A stretch of DNA of 63,468 nt, counting the filler, from Ministeria vibrans ATCC 50519 (lineage: Eukaryota; Protista; Filasterea), in the NCBI GenBank assembly GCA_943704425.1. It is 4 parts of 4 records of this genome, joined end to end, with 100 filler letters (N's around TTAATTAATTAA, not from the genome) between each part and the next. Parts side by side here need not be neighbours in the genome. Positions count along the whole stretch, not along the records: positions 31,179 to 57,484 come from CALSCP010002859.1; positions 57,585 to 61,637 come from CALSCP010002111.1; 2 more parts are not named here. One strand, 5' to 3'. The position numbers and the translations under genes were made by a program. Each line of letters opens with the position of its first letter. Position 1 is the first letter of the stretch. The notes under the pieces are model-generated. The model was given only the letters and a program-made list of their open reading frames with translations. It was not told where the DNA came from and did not search any database. Shown piece after piece: positions 47,599 to 58,944 of the stretch.

Positions 47599-49965
47599 TT
47601 AATTAAGAAGAGGATCAAGTGACGACAAATGGTGGCGGGAGCTTGTTCTGCCACGCGCAACGAGATACACCAGAGCAGAGACACATACAATGGCAATGAG
47701 AGACGTGACAATGAGACCCGCTTGAAGAGAGTGCACCATTTTGTCGTTGTGCTGTTCGGTGATGGGTTGGTTGTCGAGGACAAATTCAGTGATGGCATTG
47801 AGGACTTCCGGAACGACGTGGACGGAAGAGCCATCAAGATAACGCGTCTGAATAAGAAAGTGTTGTCATTCATTTCGCATGTTATTCTCATAGGGGAGGG
47901 GAAGTTAAGGAAGTTACTAGGCGGGTTATATCATTTGGGTTAGGGTTACCATCATGTGAGTGAGATTTGCAAACACGTTAGTCTCAACACTGTTAATAGG
48001 ACCGGGAGTGCCAGTCACATACGGAAGAGTATCACTCAAATTAGTTTGAAGAGTGTTCTACAAACAAAACGTAAAATCAGACAGATAATTATATTAACTG
48101 AACTTACGAGCAAAGGACCAAACGCACTTGGAGGAATAAGCAGGTCAGTCCACGAATTCACAGTCAAAATGGAACCAGATACGTTTGACAAAAGCGCTCT
48201 TTGATACAACGGGTCTCCTAAGAATACGATGAAAATAACGTCATAATTATTATGAATAATATAATAATACGACACGATGTGTTTATCATTCTTATCAGAA
48301 TACGTTCGTTGCGATTTGGATCGGACAATTCATAGTATTCTTCTTGTTTTGTGCTTTTTGCGTTTACCCAATTCAATTTGAGAAGCACTAAATTTAGCAA
48401 ATTGACAGATTCCAAGAGAATAACCCAAATTACACTCCAAGAGACACTCATGAGTGTTATTTCCACTCTGACATATTCCACTTCCTAAACACAATGATAT
48501 AATAGTAATATTTATGTGTTATTTTTTGAGAATGTAAAAGACGAAGTGAGCAGGATATTGAGTCGTTGTGTTGTTCGGAATAGAATACTGATTCGATTTT
48601 TAAGGGAAAGAGAACTTTACCGCAATTTGAGGGACATATAGTGCGATTGAGTCTTTGATCAAAAGCGCCAAGCGGACAAATTATGGATTGAGTGGAGTCG
48701 GGTGAGATTGTGCCGTCGCGTAAGAGATTATACTGAGGGACCTACAGAGAGACGAGACGGGAGAGAGACACAAGATCGTTTCAGTGAGAGTTTGTGTGAA
48801 TTGATTGAGTGAGATTGATTGAGTAAGAATGGCTGAGCTGAAAAGAGATAGGACAAGAGAGTGACACAAGATCGTTTCAGTGAGAGTTTGTGAGAATTGA
48901 TTGAGAATGATTGTGAGAGAGTGGATATTGAGATTGATTGCAAGTATTGTATACAGTTGGTTTGGACCAACTTTGAAACTAATAATAAAAATCTCATTTA
49001 TCGTTTTGATTCTTTCTCGTTTTTTGTTCGTCTGTTGGAGGGGGTAAAACATAAACTCTTACGGCATTGTGAATAGTGCACTGATAGGAAGAAATTGTGC
49101 CTTGCAACTGAATGATATTCTGTGAGCGCATAGGACTGTCGGGCTGCGCAGACCAATAGGCCAACTGATCTTCAAAGAGAGGTAATTGGCGTTGAGATTG
49201 AACTTGAAGGATCTCATCGTCATTAAGTCCGTAGCCCATGAGAAGCGCCATTCGCGAGACAATCTGCGTGTGTGTGGAGGCGACCAGCGGGGCAATGTGG
49301 GTGCCCTGCGAATGCCCGATGACTGTGAGTGAGGAGGCGTGTGTGTAGAGCTGGTCGGCAAGGAACTCGAGCGATGTGCTTGCGTCGCTGGGTGGCGTCA
49401 GAGAGGATTAGGGTAAGGGTTAGGGTTAGGGAAAGAAAGCAAGAACAAAGTGTACACAAACCTGGCAAAATCGAAAACATTCAGTTCTTGAAGAATCACG
49501 CAGTTCGTTGTGACGTTCCGGTTGCAGTATTGGTAGGTACAGCCATGAAGGGATCCACAGGAGCGCTTGTCGTAGACAAGAACGGCCATGTCTGCCTGTG
49601 AGAAGCGGACACAGATCACCGACACACACCGCCAACTGCTCGCACTGTACCTTTGTCGCCAGCTGCACAGCAATGTCGCGCAGCGGCTCAAGCGGCCCGT
49701 CTGTTTCCCAGCGGTTGTTAGGGCCACTTCCGGAGATGAGCACTGCGCCGTAAAAGGGCCCATTGCCTGTAGAGTGGAGGAATGAGAAGGGTGCGTTGAC
49801 GACACGCGATGGTTGCGCACCTTTGGGCTTGACGACAGTGCCATGCAGCGTGATTTGGCCACTGTCGACGACAGACGACTGGTAGCTGACATTCACAAAC
49901 TCAATGTCGGCCAGGGTCGCCAGAGGGGTGCACGCAACAATGAGCGCAACGACACAAGCAAACAT
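47599..49965 (-). CDS. Secreted-pathway alpha/beta hydrolase with a C-terminal membrane anchor
   Basis: Signal peptide, LISGSGP, YDKR, VIGHSQG nucleophile elbow, putative Asp (NSWTDLLIP) and His (FANLTHMM), TM segment LIVTSLIAIVCVSALVYLV and tail ...SSLDPLLN*. Many introns. Confidence 0.75.
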
Positions 49966-50332
49966 TTCGGAAGAATTTTGATTGGGTTTTGATTCGAGTC
50001 ATTACTCATTGTTTGAATATACAATAAAACATGACAATTAACAGTCAACTGCCCGTTGCTCCTTTTACTCCTCTGCGCTAAAATGATTTAGATGAGTGAC
50101 AGCTGACAATTGTGAACTGACAAGTACTTGACTCGCTTAAGAGTCGGCAGTCTATTAGTTACAAATTTATAATAATAATAATTAACACCACGTCAACTTG
50201 TGTCAAATACTCTCAAATTTACTTGGTGAATTCTTGCTCCATCGGTGTGCGTGTGTGTGTGTTTAAGAACTGCAGAGTAAAGTGCTCTCCTTGGCGTTGG
50301 CAGGGGGTTCGTAATTCTGAAACAAACTGAAA

Positions 50333-52036
50333 ATGACTGCGATTCTCGTTGAACTTCTCGAACGAATCGACGCAACGTCTGATCCAACGGCACTGAGCGT
50401 GTATGGCGAACTCGAATATGCGTACGAAAAGGCACGGCAACTTAACGCGGAGTCGGCGACGAGCACAGACGCTCTTGAGGCCTTTGCGCAAGGTTGCGTT
50501 CGATTTGAAATTGTTCAAATTGCGTCGGAGCTTCTGGACGCCTCCACTGCCGCACTGTGCGACGCCAGTGTCGGGCTGATGCGCCTCATCGCCTCTATTT
50601 TGAGCTACACGACGCCTGAACTCAGCACGGGCGAGGCCGAGCAGGCGCTCGTGGACAGCGCACTTGCGTTCACAGCCCGTCTTCTGGCCGCACACGACCT
50701 CCCTCGTCTGACGGGCGCCTTGCGCGAACTCGGTCGTGCCGCCGCCGCGCGTCCAGCTCTTAACATACCCCAACTCATCTTTCGCACACACACTCTCCTT
50801 GCACTCTTTGGCGACGACGACGAGGACGAAACAGGCGCATTTCCTATTGCAACCCTCAACTTTGTCTATGTCGTGCTTGCAAGCGCCGCTGTGAACACCA
50901 ACAGCGCCAAAGCAACTGCACGTCAATTTGCAGCCAATGAAGCGCTTCTGGACGAGATTGTCCTGCGCATTGCTCTTGACGACCGGAACACGGCAGCATC
51001 CGCCTGTGCGTGTCTCTACGAAGCATGCGAGCACTTTCCTCCACTGCGCACTCAGCTTCTCGATCACTACACGGGCCTGGCTGGCGAGGCAGCACGCTGG
51101 AGCGCACTCGGCGTCGACGAAGCACGCAACCTCCACGCACACCTGCGACTCAGCAGCAGTACAGTCAACAAAGCGAAGGACGTGATCCCTCCCACAACTG
51201 CAACGGATCAGTCTCACCTAGCAGCAGTTACCCTCCAGTCCGCCTGGCGTCGTCGCATCGCCCAACGCTCCGCCTCAACACGCCTCACCAACATCGTCCG
51301 AGTTCAGCGTCTTGTCAAGCAACGATTCCACCAGCGCATCCAACAGCGTCGCCGCGACCGCCACACTCGCGACCACAACACAGCGCAAGCACAGGCACAA
51401 TTCCAACGATTCCTCCACTCGTGCGAACAGGAAATGGCACTGCTGCGTGCACTCCCACCCTCTCGCATGCATCAGTACACTGCGATGCGTCGAGTGCGTG
51501 CTGCAGTGCGCATTCAAAGCGTGTGGCGCGCACACAGAGTACGAACAACCGTCTCTTTGTGTGCCGATAAGGTGCGTCGCAAGCGCGAAGCGGACGCCGC
51601 AACACTCATTCAGCGGTTTTGGCGCCACTACAAGCGGATGCGACAATGCGAGCAACTTCACGAGAGTGAGAGACCAGGACTGTGGTCACGTCACACTGTT
51701 GAGAGTGTACTCTCCAGTGTGTCAAGTGGTGCTCGCGCAGTGACCGCGACGGAGGAGAAGGCGGTGGACTTGCTTGCACTGTTTGCGCATTATGAGCAGA
51801 GTGTGTTGGGAAGATCGAGTGGAGTGAAACGGATTGAAGGATTGGCGAGGATGGTGCGCGCACAAGTATCGGAGTTGCAACGTGTGCGCGACGACCATGA
51901 GGAAGTGGTGCAGCATTTGCATTGCACTGCGGCTGAACGGGCGTGTGCCGCAAGGCATCATGAGCGTGAGATGGCGCTTGTGACGGGGTCGGGGGTGTGG
52001 TGGGAAGATCTTAAAGGATTGGCAAGGGATTTTTGA
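50333..52036 (+). CDS. IQCB1: IQ calmodulin-binding motif protein 1 (nephrocystin-5), intronless
   Basis: Helical N-terminal half, IQ motifs (AAVTLQSAWRR, AAVRIQSVWRAHRVR, AATLIQRFWR), a coiled coil, and a C-terminal WWEDL matching the NPHP5 WW motif. Confidence 0.75.
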   Translation: MTAILVELLERIDATSDPTALSVYGELEYAYEKARQLNAESATSTDALEAFAQGCVRFEIVQIASELLDASTAALCDASVGLMRLIASILSYTTPELSTGEAEQALVDSALAFTARLLAAHDLPRLTGALRELGRAAAARPALNIPQLIFRTHTLLALFGDDDEDETGAFPIATLNFVYVVLASAAVNTNSAKATARQFAANEALLDEIVLRIALDDRNTAASACACLYEACEHFPPLRTQLLDHYTGLAGEAARWSALGVDEARNLHAHLRLSSSTVNKAKDVIPPTTATDQSHLAAVTLQSAWRRRIAQRSASTRLTNIVRVQRLVKQRFHQRIQQRRRDRHTRDHNTAQAQAQFQRFLHSCEQEMALLRALPPSRMHQYTAMRRVRAAVRIQSVWRAHRVRTTVSLCADKVRRKREADAATLIQRFWRHYKRMRQCEQLHESERPGLWSRHTVESVLSSVSSGARAVTATEEKAVDLLALFAHYEQSVLGRSSGVKRIEGLARMVRAQVSELQRVRDDHEEVVQHLHCTAAERACAARHHEREMALVTGSGVWWEDLKGLARDF

Positions 52037-52187
52037 CTTTAAAACGAAATATTGATGCCCTCGCTGAGTTTGCTGACAGCTGTCGACAATGAGTGAGTGA
52101 GTGAGCGTTTTTTTTTCTGCTCTGTCTAGTTCTGGCACCTTTATTCCACCTAGATTCAGTGCAACAAAAAAGAAAAGAATCAGACGT

Positions 52188-52537
52188 TTAATGGTAAACG
52201 GACACGCGAAGTATGTCTGAGTAATGGTAAGTGGTGGTGGAGAAGCCGGGATCATGCACTTCAAAGACACCGTTTCCATTGTATGCCGTCAGAAGGACCC
52301 AATGCTTGCCACCGTGCACATTCGCAATCAGTCCATGGCACTATAGATTGAGAGAGGAGAAAGACGCACACGCAGACAGACAGAATACATAGAGCGACCA
52401 TTTTTCGGTGTCAGAAGAATGAGAGTGAGTGAGTGATAAGTCGCACCTGGTTCAGGCCCGAGGCAAGGACTGCCTCGCTGGGCGTCTCTTGTCCGATGTA
52501 GGTGACTCCACCAATTGAGTCGACTGAGCCCCAAATC
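52188..52537 (-). CDS. Last two exons of a peptidase C39-like (papain-fold) protein; 5' half absent
   Basis: IWGSVDSIGGVTYIG...|CHGLIANVHGGKHWVLLTAYNGNGVFEVHDPGFSTTTY. The HWV..Y...DP pattern is the His/Asp half of C39-like peptidases. No upstream exon carrying the catalytic Cys is visible. Confidence 0.6.
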
Positions 52538-52547
52538 CTACACCACC

Positions 52548-52578
<31 letters not shown>

Positions 52579-52660
52579 AAAAAAGAAAAAGACGCACCAT
52601 CTCACCCATTCTATTGAAATTGCCTTTTTTTTTTCTTCTCTTTCTTTCTTTACTGAACAG

Positions 52661-52803
52661 TGGAGTTTGCTACGCTGACCCGCAAAGGAGACGAGACGGT
52701 CGTGACTACACTGTCCGCGACAGAGATCGACCGACTGCTCAAGGTGGGCAAAGAGGCACTGGAGAAGGAGAAGGCGGACAAGGAGAAGAAGGACACGAAG
52801 TAA
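52661..52803 (+). CDS. PSMA4: Orphan terminal exon of proteasome subunit alpha-3 (PSMA4/PRE9)
   Basis: After a polypyrimidine-AG acceptor: EFATLTRKGDETVVTTLSATEIDRLLK...EKEKADKEKK*, resembling the PSMA4 C-terminus (VEIATLTRENGKTV). The rest of the gene is absent. Confidence 0.65.
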
Positions 52804-52885
52804 AATTACAGACGGACACAGTATGCTGTTGTGAAAAAAAAATACAAAGAGAGAGATAGATGTTCAAAGAAAAGGATATTTTTTG

Positions 52886-53613
52886 TTACATTGCGGAGGA
52901 GGCTTTTTGGGGCGGCAGGGGCTCAGGAGCAGGCGGCATCTCCACTGGCGGCTCCTCTTCGGGTTCTGGATCAAGCACGGCGTCTTTCGGTGCGCCCTGA
53001 AGCGCATTCTCAAGCGAAGCAGCGCAAAAGACCAGATCTGCCTTGAGTGTGTCAAAGCGGTCCGCGACCTTCTTCTTGCCGCACAAACCGCCTCCGCCGC
53101 CTGTCTGGGCCTTCTTGGTGTTTCCCTTGGTGGCCTTGTGGTCAAATGGCGCCACAAGGTCGTTGCATTCCTACAGAGAATGTCCGAAACCGCCACACAT
53201 ATGAGCAACGAAAAGCGGTTTCACCAATATAATGGCGTGATGTGAAATATTTTTGCGATACACGCCCCTTTCTCTACGGAGCGCGCCTGCCGGGGGGTGG
53301 GCACACACACACATATATATACACACACATGCACGCATACCTGGACACACATGAGCATGGACTTGATCGCCTCGGCGACGGGCGGGTGGCCCAGTTGGTC
53401 GGAGCTCAGCGATCGGATGGGCGACGCCGCATCCTTTGCTGCGTTGGCCAGATCCATGCACTTGGCCGCATTGGTGTGTGCCGTCTTGGCCTCGTGCATC
53501 AGAAAGGCGATCTGTCTTCGCATTTGGTTCTGCTGCGACTGGTTCTTCTGTGACATGACTGGCGACATGGCGCGCCCCGAATACGGCGATTTCATCAGAT
53601 CACCGCTTGACAT
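52886..53613 (-). CDS. Small two-exon helical-bundle protein, possibly MLKL-N-terminal-domain-like
   Basis: Spliced product ...RQIAFLMHEAKTAHTNAAKCMDLANAAKDAASPIRSL...VAEAIKSMLMCVQ|ECNDLVAPF...KKKVADRFDTLKADLVFCAASL followed by a Pro-rich tail. Confidence 0.55.
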
Positions 53614-53754
53614 GGCGTGTGTCAAAGGCGAGTGAGTGAGACTTTGAAGTGAAAAAGAAAGGTGGTTCAAATAATAATGTTTAAAATATTGTAATTTGTA
53701 TGTACTATTGCTCCCCTCATCTCTCTCTCCTCCCTCCTCCTCTATCTATTTGTC

Positions 53755-56700
53755 TCATAGATACTTCTTCAAAAATTCACTCAAGTGCCCTGAGACGGAA
53801 TTCTTGCCATCGGCGCGGGTGCGCGAAATCAAAGTGTGGATGTAGGCAGTCCGTTCGGGTTTGGACATCTTCAGCTTGTCAATCTGGCTGGTCAGGTGCG
53901 CAGTGCGAGTCGTAGTGCGCGCCAGCTCTTGATCAACGGCCTTCTTGATTTTGGAATTGACCTCGGCAATCTCGCGATTGGACGGTCGCCCGGGCTTGCG
54001 ACGAACCACCTCCTGCGGAGGATCCACCGTCTCCACATCAATCTCGCCGTCATCATCGTCATCATCCTCCGCCTCTCCTTCTTTCTCCTTCTGAGCCATC
54101 GCCTGTGCCGCTGCCGCCTTTTGCCTCTTGGTCGGCTTCTTCGCAGCGACCGCTTGGCGTCCCACCCCAGTCGTCTTCATCGGAGCTTTCTCCACCCGCG
54201 CCCGCTTCCGCCTGCGCCCTTGGTTCTCCTCCTCCGCCTCCTCCTCCTCCTCCTCCTGCTGGCGTCTTGCCGGTCGTTTTCTTCGTGACACCGCCAACAT
54301 CTCATCGTCATTGTCACTCTCAGACTCTTCCTCCTCGTCCTCCTCCTCATCTACTACCATTGCCTTGGCACTCTCTTTGGTCTTCTTCGGTCTCTCCTCC
54401 TCGTCGCTCTCGTCGCTCTCCTCCTCCTCACTGCTCGCGTCCAACTCAAACAAGCCCGATTCCTGCGTCGGCTCTGGCTGCTGCACCAGCAGACTCCCAC
54501 CACCCAAATCATCTTCTTCCTCCTCCTCATCGTCGTCGTCGTCGTCCAGTTCTCCAACATACATTGTATGCGAGCCCACTGTATCGTCACCGTCCTCTTC
54601 CTCGTCACTCTCACTTCTGGTGCTCTTTTGAAACGACTGCCGCCATCGTGCAGTGACAGCATCACCACCAGATGCATTCGTCGCCGAGGGGTCTTGCTTC
54701 GCCACCGTCTCAGCTGCAACTGTGACTTGTGGTGTTGCGCGTGGCACGGACTCGACCACTTCCACAGGCGTCTTGGCACTCTCCGATGCACTGTTACCAT
54801 CACCACGACTACTATCACTACGACCACCACTATTGCTACGACTACCAATAGGAGCTGGGTCGACATCGGGCAGGTCTGTCACGTTAGGCTCGGTGGGCAT
54901 CACCTCATGCTGCGGCTTGCTCAGCTCCTCATCGTCGTCGGTCAAATCAATCACATCAGCGCTCCTTCGCAAATCGGAGGGCGACAGCGAATGCGATCGC
55001 TGCAACTTGTGATGTTGATGCTGTTGTTGTTGCGCCGGATCTTGTTGTGGTGGTTGATCACTCTCGGAGGCCCCACCATTGGCAGGCGCAGTGGACGCGC
55101 CTGAGAAGCTGTGGCGACGTCGACTGTTGCGCTTGCCACCAGCGCCACCAAGCTCGAGATTGAGTGCACCTTCGCCGTCGCTCGCAGCGTCGTCGAGTAG
55201 TGCGTCAATGCGTGCGCCGCCACCGCGTCGCTTGCCGTTGCCATCGGATCGAAAGGGATTGCCAAAGATGTGTCTAGGTTGTGACTCGTCGTCGTTGACG
55301 TCGCGCAGTGGCTTGTTGCGCATGAGAGCCTCGTGGTAGTTGCCCATGTCGGCAATGGGCACGCGGTTGCGTCGCTCAAGGTCACTGGCTGGGTCAGAGC
55401 CGTCGGTAGTGCTGCGCGAGCCACTTAGACGCACTCGAATGCGCTGCAATTGTGCAACAAGTTGATCGCGAGGAATGTCAAACGCATTGTAGTATGGCCG
55501 AGTAGAGGGCACAGTCGGGGCAACAGTCGCAGCGGGATCAGAAGGAGTTGCTGTTCCCGCTGCTCCTGCTGCTCCTGTTGGTGTTGGAGAAGGAGCAGCG
55601 GCAGCGGTAGTGGTGATTGTAGTGGTGGTGGGATTGGCGTTGGAGAGAGAGCCGGGGGGAAGGGCGGGAGAGCGCTGGGCAATGGCTGCGAGGAGTTTGT
55701 CGGAATCAGTCTGATTCTGCTGTTGGATTTGGGCAAAGTAGGTTTTGATTTTGGGAGACATGTCGGGACGATCGGGACGGTCCGGGATGGGGTTGAGGCC
55801 GAGACGGATGAGCGTCTTGCGCAAAGGCTGAAGGTAGTACGGGGGGATGGAGTCAATGTACATGTCGAGACGGTGACGGAGGGGCGGGGGAATTGGGGGA
55901 AGAACATGGGGTGCAAAGGATGGGTCGGCGTTGGCAGTGATGGCGGCAGCGGCGGCGCGCACGTGCGCTGTACCACCGATGGCCGTGATGATCTCTTCGA
56001 GAAGCGGAAGAAGCACGGGGAAGTCGTAGGGGAGGACGTGGAGAAAGACGCGCTTGAGGTCAAGGTTGTAGCGGAGGTACCCGCAAGGAGCACTCAGACG
56101 ACCGACGGAGGGAATGTGCACGGCGACGAACCAGCAGACGTCGTGTGGGATGTGCACCGACGCAGAGTAGATCTGGTTGGTGAGTGAGCACGAGGCAATC
56201 TCAAAGGTGTCGTGGGGCAGGAGGGAGCTAGGCGTGGGGCTTTCTTTGGGCGCAACCGTCAACTGTGGGTGTGCCTGGCGCTGCGGCAGCGTCTGCACCG
56301 ACGGGTTGAGTACGTAGGCCTCAGGCAGAGGCCAAAAGTACGGGCGACTGTCGGGCGGCACAATGAGCAGGCGGTGAGGTGAGGTGAACTGTGGAGGACC
56401 GACAAAGTCCATTAGGACACCCGGTTGGAGACGTTGCGCGAGAGTCTCCATGATGGACATGGCCGCCTTGATACTGGTGGCCACGTGCGAGCGACCGCCC
56501 GTCTGTTCGCACAACTTCGTGATTGGCAGTGTGTCGGCGTCGGGCGGTGGGCACGCCTCTTCGGTGCCCGAAATGCGCAGCGAGACGCTGTAGAGACGTT
56601 GATCCCAGCGAAAGGGCTGCTGCGTCAATTCAGCGCCCACCGACGTGCCTAGTGGCAGTGAAAGCTTGTCCACCACGCCTGTGTTGCTTGTAAGTACACC

Positions 56701-57052
56701 TCCATCGGTCATCAAGATGACGGCAGCTAATAGCAGAGTATAGGATGAGACGTGAGATGTGAAGCACTCAAGTGTATGAGTGTGAGTGTGTACCGGGGTC
56801 GATCCACCAGGGATGCAGCCCAAGGCCGTACGTGTCGACGTTGCGAGCGATGCGTGTGAGGTTGAGCAGCTCAAAGGTGCTGGAGAGGGCCTTGCCGATG
56901 GCGGTGAGGTCGCGCGCGCGCAACGAAGCCACTTCGCGCTGAAACACCGCTGGAACACTTTTCCAGCCACACAGGATGTTGTCCGTTCCATTCTCGTCGC
57001 ATGTGATCAGCATGTACCTGTGAGAAACGAGGGGGGAGCGATGAGAGGAGGC

Positions 57053-57129
<77 letters not shown>

Positions 57130-57283
57130 GAGAAGGACAATCGTACCTGTCTGATTTGGAGTCACGGCCGCGCGTGCGTATGAAATGGTCCACGGTAAAG
57201 CGAGCCACGTCAAGGAGTGTCAGGCCCGAGTTGGTGCGTTGGTTCATCGACGCCGACGTGTCGATCACAAATGCGATCAACAT
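53755..57283 (-). CDS. INTS6: Integrator complex subunit 6 (VWA domain)
   Basis: MLIAFVIDTSASMNQRT...LLDVA, DRYMLIT, FELLNLTR..VDTYGLG, ELTQQPFRWDQRL, LCEQTGGRS, WPLPEAY, VPIADMGNY, HIFGNPF and a C-terminal helical domain. Confidence 0.95.
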
Positions 57284-57676
57284 GGCGAATAAAATTAGTT
57301 TGAAATTTGATATTTGATTGACTATTATTTTCTGAGATCTCTCTTTCCGCTTTTTGTTTTTCAACGTAAAGCTGTACTCCATTTAGTTATGGTAAGAAGG
57401 AGAAGAGATCATTCTCTTGTTGTAGGACACAAACACGTTTGCGAGTGCGTCGCTTGACATGACAATTCGAGTGTGGCAATTGGGNNNNNNNNNNNNNNNN
57501 NNNNNNNNNNNNNNNNNNNNNNNNNNNNTTAATTAATTAANNNNNNNNNNNNNNNNNNNNNNNNNNNNNNNNNNNNNNNNNNNNAATGAAGGCGGCGATC
57601 ACCGCCGAAGTCGCGCGACGAAAGAACACAAGAGTGAGAAGAGGGTGAAAGGTCGGTCGGGCCACACAATACTTTA

Positions 57677-58758
57677 CCTGTCCGGCTGTATCGAGAATGT
57701 CAATGTTGCTGGGAATTCCATCCAGCTCGATCTTCTTCCTGTAGCTGTCTGCTTTTGTCGGCTCGTAGTCTTCGACAAACTGAAGATCAAAGGAAGAGCG
57801 AGAGAGAGAGAGAGAGAGAGAGAGAAAAAAAGAGAGAGTAGAGTAAGCGAGAGAAGTCACATAAATAGTTCATCCTCAGACGCGCTGTAATTATTCAGTC
57901 ATACGCGACGGTACGATCAGAGGAGCATACAATGTAGAGCAATGGATGACACATGCGACGGCGTTTCGTGCGGGTTAACGTTGACACGTCATTTTTTCGC
58001 AAATGTATAACTTGACTGAATTGTAACGGCGCTGGAGGTCTGGACAGAGCACGGAGGAGTCACCGACGAACCCCATTTGAGGTTGGGAGAGACAAAAGGC
58101 GCGGAGGAAGACACACAGCGAAGATGGAAAACAAGATCCAAAAACGAAAAAGAGAGGAGAGAGAATAAAAAAAANNNNNNNNNNNNNNNNNNNNNNNNNN
58201 NNNNNNNNNNNNNNNNNNNNNNNNNNNNNNNNNNNNNNNNNNNNNNNNNNNNNNNNNNNNNNNNNNNNNNNNNNNNNNNNNNNNNNNGCGGCAAAAAAAA
58301 AAAAAAAAAAACGTAAGTTTGGTCAAAGGTCGCGTTTTTTTTTCTTTTTTTTTTCTTTTTCTTTTTGTTGTGCCGCCAAAAACAAACTATGGGGGATGGA
58401 AGGGAGAGTAGGAGGGGGAGGAGAGCAGGGCGACAGTCGTCTCGAAGGACGGCGGCGATGGATCGCGCACAAGTCAGCCTTCCGTGGTTAAAAATAAAGG
58501 CGGACGGGAAAGGCGTCAGAGAAGGCGCGGACGACTCTGCCACGCACCGCGAGCACACGCACCCGCTGCCATGGACGCACGATGCCACTGTTCAGAGTCG
58601 AGCGCACAAGATTGGCTCCCAGGGGCGCGGCTGGAGCGACTTTTGAGAGTGGTTACCTCACTGTACATGTACTGAAGCGTTAAGGCACTCTTGCCGACGC
58701 CGCCGCTTCCCACCATGATCACTTTGTGTAACGGTCCCTGCCCTACGGCCTTTGGCAT
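57677..58758 (-). CDS. RALA: Ral small GTPase, 5' part (truncated by gap)
   Basis: [25 protein letters not shown]|[16 protein letters not shown]...IDILDTAGQ, including the Ral-specific effector loop YEPTKADSY. Confidence 0.93.
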
Positions 58759-58944
58759 CTTGATATATTGATAGAGAGAAAAATTTTGATCTTTACTCTT
58801 TTCGACAAATGACAATCGACAGTCCTTCGTTCTTTTTTTTAGATCAAAAATACGGCTTGTGTGCAGTTCAGTCAGAATGAGTGGTGCTGTGCCACCCGAT
58901 CGCGCTCAATCACTATTCACTCACACTTCACACTTGTTCGCTCG

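Noticed and set aside
49405-49432. TTAGGG-like telomeric repeats (also ~39930 and ~47938)
   Set aside because: Only 2-4 imperfect units, too short to indicate a telomere or fusion site.
452-57283. MED21, MED17 and INTS6 in one window as a transcription-machinery cluster
   Set aside because: They are separated by many unrelated genes and by assembly gaps, so the co-occurrence is compatible with chance.
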